Under the pieces are notes generated by a model. It saw only the letters and a list, made by a program, of their open reading frames with translations. It was not told where the DNA came from and made no database searches. This document shows, in pieces, positions 26,962-37,174 of a stretch of 64,000 nucleotides of DNA. Every line of letters starts with the position of its first letter. The first letter of the stretch is position 1. The DNA lies in the IMG/VR virus record IMGVR_UViG_3300044712_002668, positions 1-64,000 of that record; one strand, written 5' to 3'. The translations under genes and the position numbers were made by a program.

Positions 26962-28647
26962 ATGTCCATTGAAAAAGAAGCACAAGAACGCTCAATATTC
27001 AACAGAATGTATGGGGCTTTAAATCTTACTAAACATTTGCGTAAATTGTGGAGTTCCAGGTATTCACGTTTGATATCATACATGGAATATGTAGATAATC
27101 GTTTGAGACAGGTTGCTGTACACTCTACCCCTAATATACGTAAGTTATTACATATGGCCAGAATGGCACATAAGCGCTACCAAACTCCTTCTGTTATGTT
27201 GCATGCTTATCAAGCAATGGAATTGATGAAGAAAATATTTTCTAGCGATCATAATCAAATAGAAAAATTTATAGATTTGAGAAATAAAACTATTGAAGAG
27301 TTTTATAAACATAATATGAATGTTAATAAACAGGATTTGGCTAAAATGCATCAGGCATTATATCAAGCTCCTGAACCTGCTGCTGCCACTTCTGCTCCCG
27401 CTGCTGCAAACCCTTCACCAGAACAACCGAATATACCAAGAAGGAACGTAGAGCAAACTGCTAATGCCTCCAAAGAAAGAGCACAGCTTATATCTGAGGC
27501 AAAAGGTTTGACAACTCAAGTTTGGGAAGGTTTGAGATATGGTATTCCTGAAATCATGCCTACTCAAAGAGGATTTGAGGGAGGTGTATTGAGTGGTGTA
27601 TCTGGAGATAGTATGCGTCAACAGGTTGAATCTGCTGATGATGCGTTGAATTTGGTTCAAAGTATATTTGATTCAATGACTGCAGTATTCAATCAGTTGG
27701 ATGAAGAAAGAGCCAAGGGTGAAGTAGATGCGTTTATAAAGACGCTTACTGATTTCAAGAATACTGTAGATAATGCCGATAAAGAAATAAAAACAGTATA
27801 TAATAAACATTTTGCTACTCTTATTTCTGGTTTATCGGGACAAACTCCTGGTGCAGAATCAACGCCAACTGGTCCAGCTTCTCTGGAAACTCAACCAGGG
27901 GTTGAGTTGAATCCTGAGGGTGGGGAAATACAACTGGAAGAACAACCTGAAAAGAATAATGGAATTACACCAGAGAATATAAATAAAGAGGTTTTAGCCG
28001 ATTTCAGATCTCTAATACAGCCATTATATGAGGCTCAGGCTCTTTTCAATAGTGCAAACGATCCAAATGTAACACTTACAAAATACACAAGTATAGCTGA
28101 AAATATACAGGCAACATTTGAGGATATAAACCACAGCGATTTATTTTCCAGTGGTGTGAAAGCATTATTGGTTCCTGGTGGTAAAATTACAAAATTAGAT
28201 TTGAATAATCTTGATAACATTACAATATCTGATGTATCAAGGCAAATTTTATATATACTTGATGGTTTGAAAAAAGAATTCATACCAAAAATATTAGTGG
28301 CTTTTGGTAATGAACAACTACAATCTGATTTCATAAATGAAATGCTGGCCGGATATGATGTGTGGAGTTTGTTTCTGAAGCTGCCACAAGAACAAGACAT
28401 TAAAGATGCGGTATCAGATCCTGTAAAGATAAAAACATTATCAGAAAATATAATCAAAGATAATCAAGAAGATATTGTTGCAAAGTCAATGGATTACATT
28501 AGGGAGTTGATTTCATTATCACATGAATATGTAAATACAAACAAGGGCTTGTCAATAAGGTTGTTATGCGAAGCTTCTGAGATGTGTGAGAAGATTGGCA
28601 TGCATAAACAAAGCGAAATTATTCTAAAGCAAGCGCAGAGGATATAA
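26962..28647 (+). CDS. Putative head/internal protein
   Basis: 561 aa; starts MSIEKEA-Q, ends with helical module plus LKQA-Q. Confidence 0.7.
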   Translation: MSIEKEAQERSIFNRMYGALNLTKHLRKLWSSRYSRLISYMEYVDNRLRQVAVHSTPNIRKLLHMARMAHKRYQTPSVMLHAYQAMELMKKIFSSDHNQIEKFIDLRNKTIEEFYKHNMNVNKQDLAKMHQALYQAPEPAAATSAPAAANPSPEQPNIPRRNVEQTANASKERAQLISEAKGLTTQVWEGLRYGIPEIMPTQRGFEGGVLSGVSGDSMRQQVESADDALNLVQSIFDSMTAVFNQLDEERAKGEVDAFIKTLTDFKNTVDNADKEIKTVYNKHFATLISGLSGQTPGAESTPTGPASLETQPGVELNPEGGEIQLEEQPEKNNGITPENINKEVLADFRSLIQPLYEAQALFNSANDPNVTLTKYTSIAENIQATFEDINHSDLFSSGVKALLVPGGKITKLDLNNLDNITISDVSRQILYILDGLKKEFIPKILVAFGNEQLQSDFINEMLAGYDVWSLFLKLPQEQDIKDAVSDPVKIKTLSENIIKDNQEDIVAKSMDYIRELISLSHEYVNTNKGLSIRLLCEASEMCEKIGMHKQSEIILKQAQRI

Positions 28648-30203
28648 TGATTGACGAAGGCTTTTTAAAAACAGCATCAGATCAATTACGTACTGCCAGT
28701 AAAGAGCATGATTTTGTAAGTATAGCTTCTGTTATTGATAAGTGGCAAGGTTGGATTGCAAGCAATTGGCGTGCAATTTTTGACAGTGAATTTCGTAAAA
28801 ACAAAGCAGAAGCATCCAGGGTATATCTAAAACTTAAACACCCATTGAAAGAATTGATAAAACATTTCAATGCTTTAGAGAACTCTTTTGAAACAGGGGA
28901 TGTTGATTCATCAATCAAGCTAGCGCGTGTAACTCCTGCAATTATAGATCAGGTTTCTTTATTGCTTGCTGAAATGAATCAAGGTTTGAAAAAAGTGGAT
29001 CAATCGGTTCCAAGTATTACTGTTACCGATTTAGGTCTTACAGTTACTGATGAAGCTGTATCTAATGTTCAACAGGGATACAAACAAAACAAAGAGTTAT
29101 TGGCGCAGTTAGCCAAGCAACTACCAGAACGTTTACAAAAAGAATTTTCTGAAAAAAACATTATTGTTGGTGGCGATTGTGGTAAAATACCAATTGCCAA
29201 TATTCATTGGTTTCAGCAATTCAATACTGAAAATATGCCAATTCCAACCAAAACTGAAATTGAGGCTGGAAACAGAATAAATAAACTTTTGAAACGTACT
29301 ACATTTACAAATGGATTTAAAATTCCAGAAAATGAAGTAGATCAAATTGTCAGTGAAGGTTTACATGATTTCATGTATAAGGTAGTACGTCCAAACATTC
29401 TTAAATATGGTGTTTTGATAGCGTACAAATTTCCACCTGTTTCACAGACGGTCAAGAACAGAAATGTAAATGAAATGTATGCTGAAGTGCAGCTTGGTGC
29501 ATTAAAATTTCCATGTAAAAAATATAACATTTTATTAGATGTTACTTTTATATTGAATGATTTGGCAGCGCGCAGAGATCCTACTCATAAACTTATTATT
29601 GCAATGACTAAGAACATTACTTTGAATACAATGTCAACTGGTAATGTAAAAACAAGAAAGGAATCAGTTTACGAAGTTCCAGAAGAGGAAATTACGTATC
29701 TTGATAAGACAAAGCCGCCTCCACCTCCATCTGCACAGAAACCAGAGGTAGAAGAGGAGGAAGATGAAGATCTTGAAGAGGTTACGGCAACAGAAGGTAT
29801 TCTTACAAGGCTTGTCAAGAGAGCAATTATAAATGAATCGTTACCTATGAGTAGAATATTGGTGTCTATTTCTGAAGCGCCACTTCATTATCGTTTGAAG
29901 TTTGCAAAGGTTTTGACCAGTGCTTTAAGGGGTGAGTTGGATGCTGATGTTTGTTCTATTCACAATGAATCGAATAATGTTGAGGTTGAGTGTGATTTGA
30001 GGGGTTCTGTTTCGGCTTGCCATGAAGCTGTTGAAATTATTTCTAAAGCAACCGCAGATGCTTTTGAAGACGCTACCAGTATAAAAATATCTGTTGGATT
30101 CAAGAAAAACGCATCCTCAATATATAAACTGGCAGAACCAGATGTATTAGAGGAAAGTTTCAGGAAAGTGGCAATGGAGGTATGGCATGCAAACACGAGA
30201 TAA
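28647..30203 (+). CDS. Putative head/internal protein
   Basis: 518 aa; MIDEGFLKTA-S, LVKRA-I, FRKVA-M. Confidence 0.7.
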   Translation: MIDEGFLKTASDQLRTASKEHDFVSIASVIDKWQGWIASNWRAIFDSEFRKNKAEASRVYLKLKHPLKELIKHFNALENSFETGDVDSSIKLARVTPAIIDQVSLLLAEMNQGLKKVDQSVPSITVTDLGLTVTDEAVSNVQQGYKQNKELLAQLAKQLPERLQKEFSEKNIIVGGDCGKIPIANIHWFQQFNTENMPIPTKTEIEAGNRINKLLKRTTFTNGFKIPENEVDQIVSEGLHDFMYKVVRPNILKYGVLIAYKFPPVSQTVKNRNVNEMYAEVQLGALKFPCKKYNILLDVTFILNDLAARRDPTHKLIIAMTKNITLNTMSTGNVKTRKESVYEVPEEEITYLDKTKPPPPPSAQKPEVEEEEDEDLEEVTATEGILTRLVKRAIINESLPMSRILVSISEAPLHYRLKFAKVLTSALRGELDADVCSIHNESNNVEVECDLRGSVSACHEAVEIISKATADAFEDATSIKISVGFKKNASSIYKLAEPDVLEESFRKVAMEVWHANTR

Positions 30204-30498
30204 TATCTTAAAAGTATTTGGCTCTGTGTGTAAAGAGCTTCGTCTTTTGGGTGATAAAGATTTGCTTGATAAGGCTTTATGTGCTTTTGCTGCGGTAACC
30301 GATGTTGAGAGGCCAAGAATTGATCTTAGTTACAGTTATGTTATGAGAGAGTTAAGGAAAGAAAAAGATAATGATAAAATAAAACTATTTCAAAAAACAT
30401 TCAAAGATACTTTTGAAAAGGCACTATTGAATAATTTGAAAAATCCAGATAATATTGCACTAATGGCTGCTATAAAGATTATTGATTTTGAGGAATGA
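30187..30498 (+). CDS. Hypothetical protein
   Basis: 103 aa, GGAGG RBS. Confidence 0.65.
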   Translation: MQTRDNILKVFGSVCKELRLLGDKDLLDKALCAFAAVTDVERPRIDLSYSYVMRELRKEKDNDKIKLFQKTFKDTFEKALLNNLKNPDNIALMAAIKIIDFEE

Positions 30499-30499
30499 T

Positions 30500-31591
30500 A
30501 TGCCTGATAGATTTGCTGAGGTAGTAAAGGGTCAATTATACAGGGGTGGAGCACCTACACCGGCTGATTTGCAAATGTTGAAAAATTTATTTGGCATTAA
30601 AAAGGTTGTGAGTTTGGATGACGAAATCGGTCATGCGATTCATAATGATGTAAAGGCTTTGGGTATGAAGCATGTAATAATACCATTGACTACGGGATTT
30701 GATCCAAGGGTTAGATGGTTGAAGAGTGCCTTACCAAAGCTTTTAAAAGATGGTCCTGTTTATATTCATTGTAAACATGGTAAAGATAGAACGGGTATGG
30801 CAGTGGCCATGTTCAAGGTATTGAATGGAACTAATGTTACAGACGCACTGGCTGAGGCTCAAGGTTTTGGAATGGGTGAAGGTTTATCTGATGATGTTCA
30901 CGATTCGTATTATGAAGCGGTAATAAATTTTGCAAAACAAATTCAAAATGATATATCTGATGCTAGTGATGTTGTTGAGATGACAAGAGAAAACAATAAT
31001 ATGTCATTGAATGAGCCCGGTCCAAGAAATTCTTTTATGCCAGGAACAGATCCTGAAAATAACAGATTGAATCGTGTAGCATCAAACAATAAAATCTATT
31101 GTAAATGTAACATTGATGATGTAAGTAAATCAAAAACTATATGGTTTTTTGATAAAGAAAAAGCAATAGAGCATGGTAATAGTTCTGGAAAATTATATTC
31201 TGCAAACTTGAATCCAGAATATAAAATTGTTGAATTGGATACTATTCCAAATAAAGAGCAGATAAATAATATTTTGACAAAAGACATTGCTGCTGCAATA
31301 TTTCAAAAAACAACTATTTTAGTGGTATATTATAAAGTTTTAGATAATTTGAAAGAAGAAGGGGATAATAATTATGTGTTTGATGTAGGTTCAACAGGAC
31401 CTACACAAATAGATAGTGTCAATAATAATGTTCCCACAAGTGGTGGTTTTGCAGGAATGGACGCTCAATTTACCTACATGGGAACACCTATTGGCGGAGA
31501 AGAAGGCGTCTCAATGGATAATGAAATGTTCCCAATAAACATAGATAGAGCTATCCCTGCAAGTTATATTCCTAATTCTACAGGATTATAA
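30500..31591 (+). CDS. Cys-based protein tyrosine/dual-specificity phosphatase fused to an unknown C-terminal domain
   Basis: LYRGGAP and HCKHGKDRTG (CX5R loop, 30767-30796); GAGGA RBS supports ATG at 30500. Confidence 0.85.
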   Translation: MPDRFAEVVKGQLYRGGAPTPADLQMLKNLFGIKKVVSLDDEIGHAIHNDVKALGMKHVIIPLTTGFDPRVRWLKSALPKLLKDGPVYIHCKHGKDRTGMAVAMFKVLNGTNVTDALAEAQGFGMGEGLSDDVHDSYYEAVINFAKQIQNDISDASDVVEMTRENNNMSLNEPGPRNSFMPGTDPENNRLNRVASNNKIYCKCNIDDVSKSKTIWFFDKEKAIEHGNSSGKLYSANLNPEYKIVELDTIPNKEQINNILTKDIAAAIFQKTTILVVYYKVLDNLKEEGDNNYVFDVGSTGPTQIDSVNNNVPTSGGFAGMDAQFTYMGTPIGGEEGVSMDNEMFPINIDRAIPASYIPNSTGL

Positions 31592-31622
31592 GGTAATATA
31601 AAGATATACTTATTAGGTTGAT

Positions 31623-32252
31623 ATGCACAAGAGAGCTTATTCTATACAGATGAATTTTGCTGTACCTGACTCTGAAAAAAGAGTTGCGGAAAAAGCAGAA
31701 GAGCAGTTTGAAAATTTATTAGCTCGCCTGAAAGTAAACTCTGAATTTTTAGGTGCTATATATGAGCCTTTTAAACGTCATCAAAATATAGACTCTGATA
31801 TATTATTGAAATATCGCAAAACATTCAGAGATTATCGTGATGAAGTGCAAGTCAAATATGAAAAGGCATTAAAAAGTGCAAATAAATGCATGGTTTTGAT
31901 GAGTGAGTTTGGAACGGATACGGTCATTGAGAAAATGATGGACTCTTTCATATCACTTATTAAAGAAATCGAAAAAGATGTTAATGCTTTTTTGTCAATA
32001 TTCTCGAATATAGATGATCCGGAATTTAAAACATATGTAATTACTTGTGTTGATGCGATAAGAAAGAGATCAAATCAAGTGAAGCAAATAGTCAATGATA
32101 GAATTCTTGATCATATAGAAACTAATATTCTGGCAAAGAATTGGGCAGACAATTTATCAGAGCGTTTTCAAGAGAAAATAAAAGAGAAAGTACCATTGGT
32201 AGTACAGTTATTTCATGAAAGGCAGAAAGCTCTGAAAGAAAGCAAGATTTAG
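31623..32252 (+). CDS. Hypothetical helical protein
   Basis: 209 aa; starts MHKRA-Y. Confidence 0.7.
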   Translation: MHKRAYSIQMNFAVPDSEKRVAEKAEEQFENLLARLKVNSEFLGAIYEPFKRHQNIDSDILLKYRKTFRDYRDEVQVKYEKALKSANKCMVLMSEFGTDTVIEKMMDSFISLIKEIEKDVNAFLSIFSNIDDPEFKTYVITCVDAIRKRSNQVKQIVNDRILDHIETNILAKNWADNLSERFQEKIKEKVPLVVQLFHERQKALKESKI

Positions 32253-32264
32253 GTTGGAGATCCT

Positions 32265-32423
32265 ATGTTAATAAAAACAGGTGATGCACAGATAATTGGT
32301 GTTGTGAAAGAAGCCAATAATGATGCGTTGGAAGACAAAGAAAGGGAAAAGATTTTAAAGCAAGCCCTGGAACAGGCTAAAAATTCACCAAGACCAATTA
32401 AAAAAACGAGTTCGGAGATCTAA
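32265..32423 (+). CDS. 52-aa ORF missed by the ORF track; N-terminus duplicates that of the protease gene
   Basis: GGAG RBS; MLIKTGDAQII...; TAATG-coupled to 32423. Confidence 0.65.
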   Translation: MLIKTGDAQIIGVVKEANNDALEDKEREKILKQALEQAKNSPRPIKKTSSEI

Positions 32424-35400
32424 TGTTAATAAAACTGGGAGAATCACAAATTCGTTCTGGAGATATACAATCTATTGAAAAAATATCAAATGATATAGAT
32501 TTGGATATTGAAAACAGAATGACTAAGTTTGCAAAACAATTAAAAGTTATAGCACCTCAGGCCAAAGATTTCTTATATTTTACCTGTGTTATGATGCACG
32601 CTGCCGAGGCTTCATTATTAAATGATGACGGTTCCTTGAAGAAGCATGCAGATGGAAGTCCGGTAAGAGCACAATGGGAAAAGGTTGGGGATCATGGAAT
32701 AAAATGGATATGTTCTGATAGGAATGTAAAACCATATAAAAATAATAATAATGATATTTTCCCTGAGAAGGAACTAAAGGTAGCTTACAAGAAATGGGTT
32801 GGACGTCCATTATGCCTCGATCATCAATCACAATCAGTTGATAAGATTCGAGGCGTTATTGTAGATACAGTTTGGGATGAGAAAAGAAAAAGAGTTATTG
32901 CACTATGTGCTTTGGATAAAAAGAATTATCCAGATCTTGCGCATAAAGTTGCATCAGGAGTAGCAACCAATGTTTCAATGGGTACTGCCGTAGGTCGTGC
33001 AGTATGTACTGAAGATGGTTGTCATCGTGTAGCGAAGACAGAACGTGATTTTTGTCAGCACATGAGAAATAAAAGCTGTTATGGTGAGATTAATCTTGAT
33101 TTATCTCCTATAGAGCTTTCATTAGTTGTTAGCGGTGCAGATCCAAAAGCCAAGGTAAAACATATTATTGCCAAGGATTTGGGGAAAGCAGCCGAAACAC
33201 TCACTGATTACCTTGGAATGAAAGAAGGTGATGGTGATATTACGAAAGACGATTTAAAGGAAGTTCAGAAAGATCTTGAACAATTGACCAAAAAAATCAG
33301 TAAGTTGACTGGCGAATTGGACGAGATAACGGAAGAAACCGATATACACGATGCGAGCGCTTATCCAGCTACTCGCTCAACATATGAGGTATCTGATGTT
33401 GAGACATCGGGAGTTAATTTAAGAGCGCCGGAGCAAATTCCATTATATGCTTCGGACTTACAAAAGGCAATAATGGGAGCGCAAGAAAAGATTGCGCAGC
33501 TTCAGGAGAATTATAACAGACTTTCTTCTTTGTTAAAGAGCGAGGAATCAATGACTAGAAAAAATGCATATTTTCAAGGAACAGTTGAGCCAAAACCAGG
33601 CGAGACAATGTATACACCAGATCCCTTGGCAGACAAGGCAAGGCTCATGGATAAGCATCTTCATGGTCCTGGCGATTTCCCAGACGTAGGTAATGTCGAG
33701 GGAATGTATCCAGGTATTACTCAGGATGACGAGGAGCTTAAAAAGAAGCTCCAACGTTTGGCAGAGGAGGAAGAGCGCGCGTTATTCCGTGAGGCTGCGC
33801 TAAAGAAAGCCAAGGAAAACCTGCTAAAGCGTCAAGCTGAATTAAAGAGCGAAGCTTATTGGCAGGGCACCACTGAGCCAAAACCTGGCCAGACCACATA
33901 TAAGCCAGATCCATTGAACAATGAAGCTCGTGAAGATGACAAACATCTTCAGGGTCAGAAACCATTCCCAGATGTGGGTAATGTTGATGGATTGTATGGC
34001 GATGACATGAAGACCAAAGAGAAACTTTCTCGTGCTTCATTGAATGCTAAATTCCGTAAGGCAGCCGGTTCTGATGGTCGTTTGGATAAGGCCGCATCTC
34101 GTTGGGAGGTCTATGCCAATGATACCCTTATTTTGACAGCTTCCGTTGATCAAATTACCAAGGGTAATGCTGACGTATTGTTTGAATCCGTTGCTACAAA
34201 GAGATTTGGAAAGAGTCTTTTGGACAGGATTCAATCAGAAGGTTTCGAGGCTACTCGTGCAGCTCTTCTAAAGACTGCCGGCGCCCCTCCAGCACCTCCA
34301 GCAATGCCTGAAATGCCTCCAGCAGCTCCTCCAGCAGGCGCTCCTCCAGCCCCTCCAGTTGGTGCTGAAGAGCCTCCACAGGCTCCAGAAAAGGGTGGGG
34401 ATCGTGTAAAGGAGATTATAAACGATCTTCGTGATCTTCTTGATGAGATTGATAATAAGATCAGCGATCTTGAAGAGCATTGTCTTGGACCAGTTGAAGA
34501 GGACGCCACTCATGTAGAGAATGTGGAACCAGCTCCAGAGCATGATTTCGCAGGTGAGGCTCCAAAGACAGCGTCTCAGTTACAGAGAATGCGTAAGACT
34601 GTAAATGGTATGTTGCGTGATGGAATCCATGAGATGATGTCAGATCTCAGTGCTCATGCAAAGGAAATCAAGACAGCAAGTGAGTTATATAAGCGCAGCT
34701 ATGATACAATGACTCCAGAGCAGCGCAAGTATTTGAATGCATTGGCAGCAGACGCCGTTACTGATGCAAAGTCTGCATTAAGAGAGTCTGTTCGTTTGAT
34801 GGGCGCAGTAGTAAAGTATGCTCATGGAACAGCAGAATTGGAGAAACGCGCTATGAAATCAGAAAAAGAAGAAGAGGATTGTAATGCAGCTGAGGATCCA
34901 ATGGGCGATCCAATGGGTGAGCTAACTGAGCTGACTCCAGAGACTTTGGGTGAGATTGGTGGTGAGGAAGAGATTCCTGGCCCAGAAGAGACAGAAGAAG
35001 CTGGTGTACCAACAGATGTAACAGAGAGTATTGAACAGGCTTTGGAGGAAGAGGCTGGTGATTTGCCAGAAGAGGAAGAGGAAGAGCTTGAGGAAGAGGA
35101 TGTTGGTAATGCTCCAGGTGATATTGTAAATCAGAATGGAAAAACAACAGTTGAATTGAATCCTCAAAATATGAAATTCCCAGGACCTGTACAAGCTTCT
35201 CTTAACACCAAGGAATCACGCGCACAAGCTCGTATGAAATTGGCAGAGAAGGCAGTTGAACTCGGTTTCAACGATCTTTCTGGCAAGGCCCATCCAAAGG
35301 GCAGCGTAGACGCTCCAAATGTTGAGACAAAGCCAAGTGTTGATGCCAAGTTCCATGTTCCACAAGATCTCAAGTCTTTGATGTTGGATCTTGCAAACCT

Positions 35401-35938
35401 TCCTCCAAAGGTTCGCAAGCAGGCTGAAGAGATTCACAATCTTGTAACCGCAGGACAGCTCGATCCAACAGACGTTGATGGATTGGTTGCTCATGGGGTA
35501 GATCCAGCGGCTGTAAAGTACTGGAAGGAAATGTGGGGTGCTGCTGGAGACTCTGAGTCAAAGGAATTTGCTACCAAGATGGTTGCAGAGCATCAGGCAT
35601 TCAAGGCAGCCGAGGACATGACATCTCATAAGGCTCGTATCAAGCAGGCTTATGAGTTAGCTTATGACATGGAAAGAAAGGGTATGATTGATCATGGACA
35701 GATTGATGATCAGGTCAATGAGATCATGAACTGGAATGAGGCTGGTTTCAACAGCGTCAAGAACATGATTGGACGTAAGCCTGTCGTAAAGCAAGCTTCT
35801 ATTCCAAATGTTGGCTTGTTACACTCCGGAGATGTAATACTTCCATCTGCACAGTTTGCAGGTGTTGAGTCCGTATCTTCTAATGGATCCGAAATCAAGA
35901 ACTACTTCGAGAGTTATTTTGCAAACAAGAGACTGTAA
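32423..35938 (+). CDS. Prohead (maturation) protease fused to scaffold-like region
   Basis: N-terminal domain with LCLDH, NVSMG and IELSLVVSGADPKA typical of phage prohead serine proteases; then coiled-coil, repeat, Pro-rich and acidic segments; lies between portal and capsid genes. Confidence 0.75.
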   Translation: MLIKLGESQIRSGDIQSIEKISNDIDLDIENRMTKFAKQLKVIAPQAKDFLYFTCVMMHAAEASLLNDDGSLKKHADGSPVRAQWEKVGDHGIKWICSDRNVKPYKNNNNDIFPEKELKVAYKKWVGRPLCLDHQSQSVDKIRGVIVDTVWDEKRKRVIALCALDKKNYPDLAHKVASGVATNVSMGTAVGRAVCTEDGCHRVAKTERDFCQHMRNKSCYGEINLDLSPIELSLVVSGADPKAKVKHIIAKDLGKAAETLTDYLGMKEGDGDITKDDLKEVQKDLEQLTKKISKLTGELDEITEETDIHDASAYPATRSTYEVSDVETSGVNLRAPEQIPLYASDLQKAIMGAQEKIAQLQENYNRLSSLLKSEESMTRKNAYFQGTVEPKPGETMYTPDPLADKARLMDKHLHGPGDFPDVGNVEGMYPGITQDDEELKKKLQRLAEEEERALFREAALKKAKENLLKRQAELKSEAYWQGTTEPKPGQTTYKPDPLNNEAREDDKHLQGQKPFPDVGNVDGLYGDDMKTKEKLSRASLNAKFRKAAGSDGRLDKAASRWEVYANDTLILTASVDQITKGNADVLFESVATKRFGKSLLDRIQSEGFEATRAALLKTAGAPPAPPAMPEMPPAAPPAGAPPAPPVGAEEPPQAPEKGGDRVKEIINDLRDLLDEIDNKISDLEEHCLGPVEEDATHVENVEPAPEHDFAGEAPKTASQLQRMRKTVNGMLRDGIHEMMSDLSAHAKEIKTASELYKRSYDTMTPEQRKYLNALAADAVTDAKSALRESVRLMGAVVKYAHGTAELEKRAMKSEKEEEDCNAAEDPMGDPMGELTELTPETLGEIGGEEEIPGPEETEEAGVPTDVTESIEQALEEEAGDLPEEEEEELEEEDVGNAPGDIVNQNGKTTVELNPQNMKFPGPVQASLNTKESRAQARMKLAEKAVELGFNDLSGKAHPKGSVDAPNVETKPSVDAKFHVPQDLKSLMLDLANLPPKVRKQAEEIHNLVTAGQLDPTDVDGLVAHGVDPAAVKYWKEMWGAAGDSESKEFATKMVAEHQAFKAAEDMTSHKARIKQAYELAYDMERKGMIDHGQIDDQVNEIMNWNEAGFNSVKNMIGRKPVVKQASIPNVGLLHSGDVILPSAQFAGVESVSSNGSEIKNYFESYFANKRL
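33557..34003 (+). repeat. Two copies of a ~53-aa unit in the scaffold region
   Basis: RKNAYFQGTVEPKPGETMYTPDPL...DKHLHG..FPDVGNVEGMY vs KSEAYWQGTTEPKPGQTTYKPDPL...DKHLQG..FPDVGNVDGLY. Confidence 0.9.
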
Positions 35939-35953
35939 TTAAAACAGCAAATG

Positions 35954-35983
35954 AGGGGCAGGTGTTTGCCTGCCCCTTGTTTT
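35954..35983 (+). terminator. Intrinsic terminator after protease/scaffold
   Basis: AGGGGCAGG/CCTGCCCCT stem followed by TGTTTT. Confidence 0.75.
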
Positions 35984-36001
35984 AAATCTTTAGAGGTATA
36001 T

Positions 36002-36685
36002 ATGACAAAATTTGATATCGCAAGTAGTATGGATTCTATTATAAGTAGCGAAAGTCATCAAAAAATCTTTACCAGGACCCCTATCACAAAGAAGGCTTCT
36101 TTTGAGAGAGAGGCATCTATTGAAGTTGATCCATCCACATCAGCTATCAAAGATTGCTTTGAGACTCTTAATACCATTTCTGAGATTCTTGATGATGCTG
36201 GGCACTTTGAAGCTTCTGCTTTTGCCATTCAAGCTATGGCTGCTTTAACAAAGCAGGCAAAAGAAAAGTGCGATGAAGAGTGTGAAGAAGAAAAAGAAGA
36301 AAAGAAAGAAAAAGAAGAGGAGGAGGAAGAAGAGGAAGAAGAGGAGGAGGAAGAAGAAGACGATGATGAAAATGATGCATTTGATTTAGCTTCAGTTTTC
36401 GCTTCCCTTGAATCTTTTGCTGCCAAGGATGAGGATCCAAAAGCCAAGGTGAGGAACCGTCCAGAGCCAATTTTTCCTGCCAATAGTCCAAAGGTAAAAG
36501 ACAAGAAGGATCATTTCCCAATCAATACCAAGGGGCGTGCTCGCAATGCTTTGGCCAGAGCCGGAGCATTCAAAGAGCCACCAGCATGGTATAAGGGTTC
36601 TTTATCATCTTTTCAAAAAGCAGTTAGAAGTGCCGTAAAGAAAGCATTTCCAGACATCAAAATTGAAAAGGAAAAGAAGGATTGA
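36002..36685 (+). CDS. Putative head protein with poly-Glu tract and DUF6582-like C-terminal domain
   Basis: GAGG RBS supports ATG at 36002; E/D run; HFPINTKGRARNALARA resembles DUF6582-type phage head motifs (from memory). Confidence 0.7.
   Translation: MTKFDIASSMDSIISSESHQKIFTRTPITKKASFEREASIEVDPSTSAIKDCFETLNTISEILDDAGHFEASAFAIQAMAALTKQAKEKCDEECEEEKEEKKEKEEEEEEEEEEEEEEEDDDENDAFDLASVFASLESFAAKDEDPKAKVRNRPEPIFPANSPKVKDKKDHFPINTKGRARNALARAGAFKEPPAWYKGSLSSFQKAVRSAVKKAFPDIKIEKEKKD
36275..36376 (+). repeat. GAA/GAG low-complexity tract (poly-Glu)
   Basis: Encodes EECEEEKEEKKEKEEEEEEEEEEEEEEEDDDEND. Confidence 0.9.
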
Positions 36686-36686
36686 T

Positions 36687-36872
36687 ATGGAAAAAATCGC
36701 GCTTGATGTATTAATGAATTCATATTTGAATGGAAAGATAGAAAAGGTTGCTCATGAAAAAACAGCAATTGATTCTTTAGCCAAAGCTCAAAGTCTATTG
36801 GTGAAAGCCAATGATGACGAGCATGCGGATATGATAAGTGAAATATTGAATAGTTATGCTGAGGATATATGA
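36687..36872 (+). CDS. Small putative head protein
   Basis: Starts MEKIA-L; AGGA RBS. Confidence 0.65.
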   Translation: MEKIALDVLMNSYLNGKIEKVAHEKTAIDSLAKAQSLLVKANDDEHADMISEILNSYAEDI

Positions 36873-37174
36873 CATTATTTAAACAGGCATCTACTGAAAA
36901 AGAGTTATATGATGGTATGAGTGAAAATATTGATCATGTATATGATAGTATACCAAATCAAAATGTTGATTTAGTGGATCAAGCGATTACTGAACTGGAA
37001 ATTGCGGCGAAAGCATTTCAAACTTCTGGTTTGATTGTTCAAGCCGCAAAGACAGAAAAAGTAGTAAAATCTTTAAAAAAGAAAAAGAATAAAAAACCAA
37101 CTAAAGAAGAGGTCAAAGGATTCAAACCATTTGGCTTCAAGAAAAAAGATTTAGTGAAGGGAGATGATAAATGA
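36869..37174 (+). CDS. Small putative head protein
   Basis: Starts MTLFKQA-S; Lys-rich tail. Confidence 0.65.
   Translation: MTLFKQASTEKELYDGMSENIDHVYDSIPNQNVDLVDQAITELEIAAKAFQTSGLIVQAAKTEKVVKSLKKKKNKKPTKEEVKGFKPFGFKKKDLVKGDDK

Noticed and set aside
33560-33580. KNAYFQG resembles the TEV protease site ENLYFQG
   Set aside because: The second copy is SEAYWQG and another protein has KLAYPQG; better explained as sequence following an x-x-A junction than as a potyviral site.
37075-37092. A-AAA-AAG slippery heptamer in ORF 36869
   Set aside because: The -1 frame hits TAA at 37090 and I saw no downstream stimulator; likely a by-product of a Lys-rich tail.
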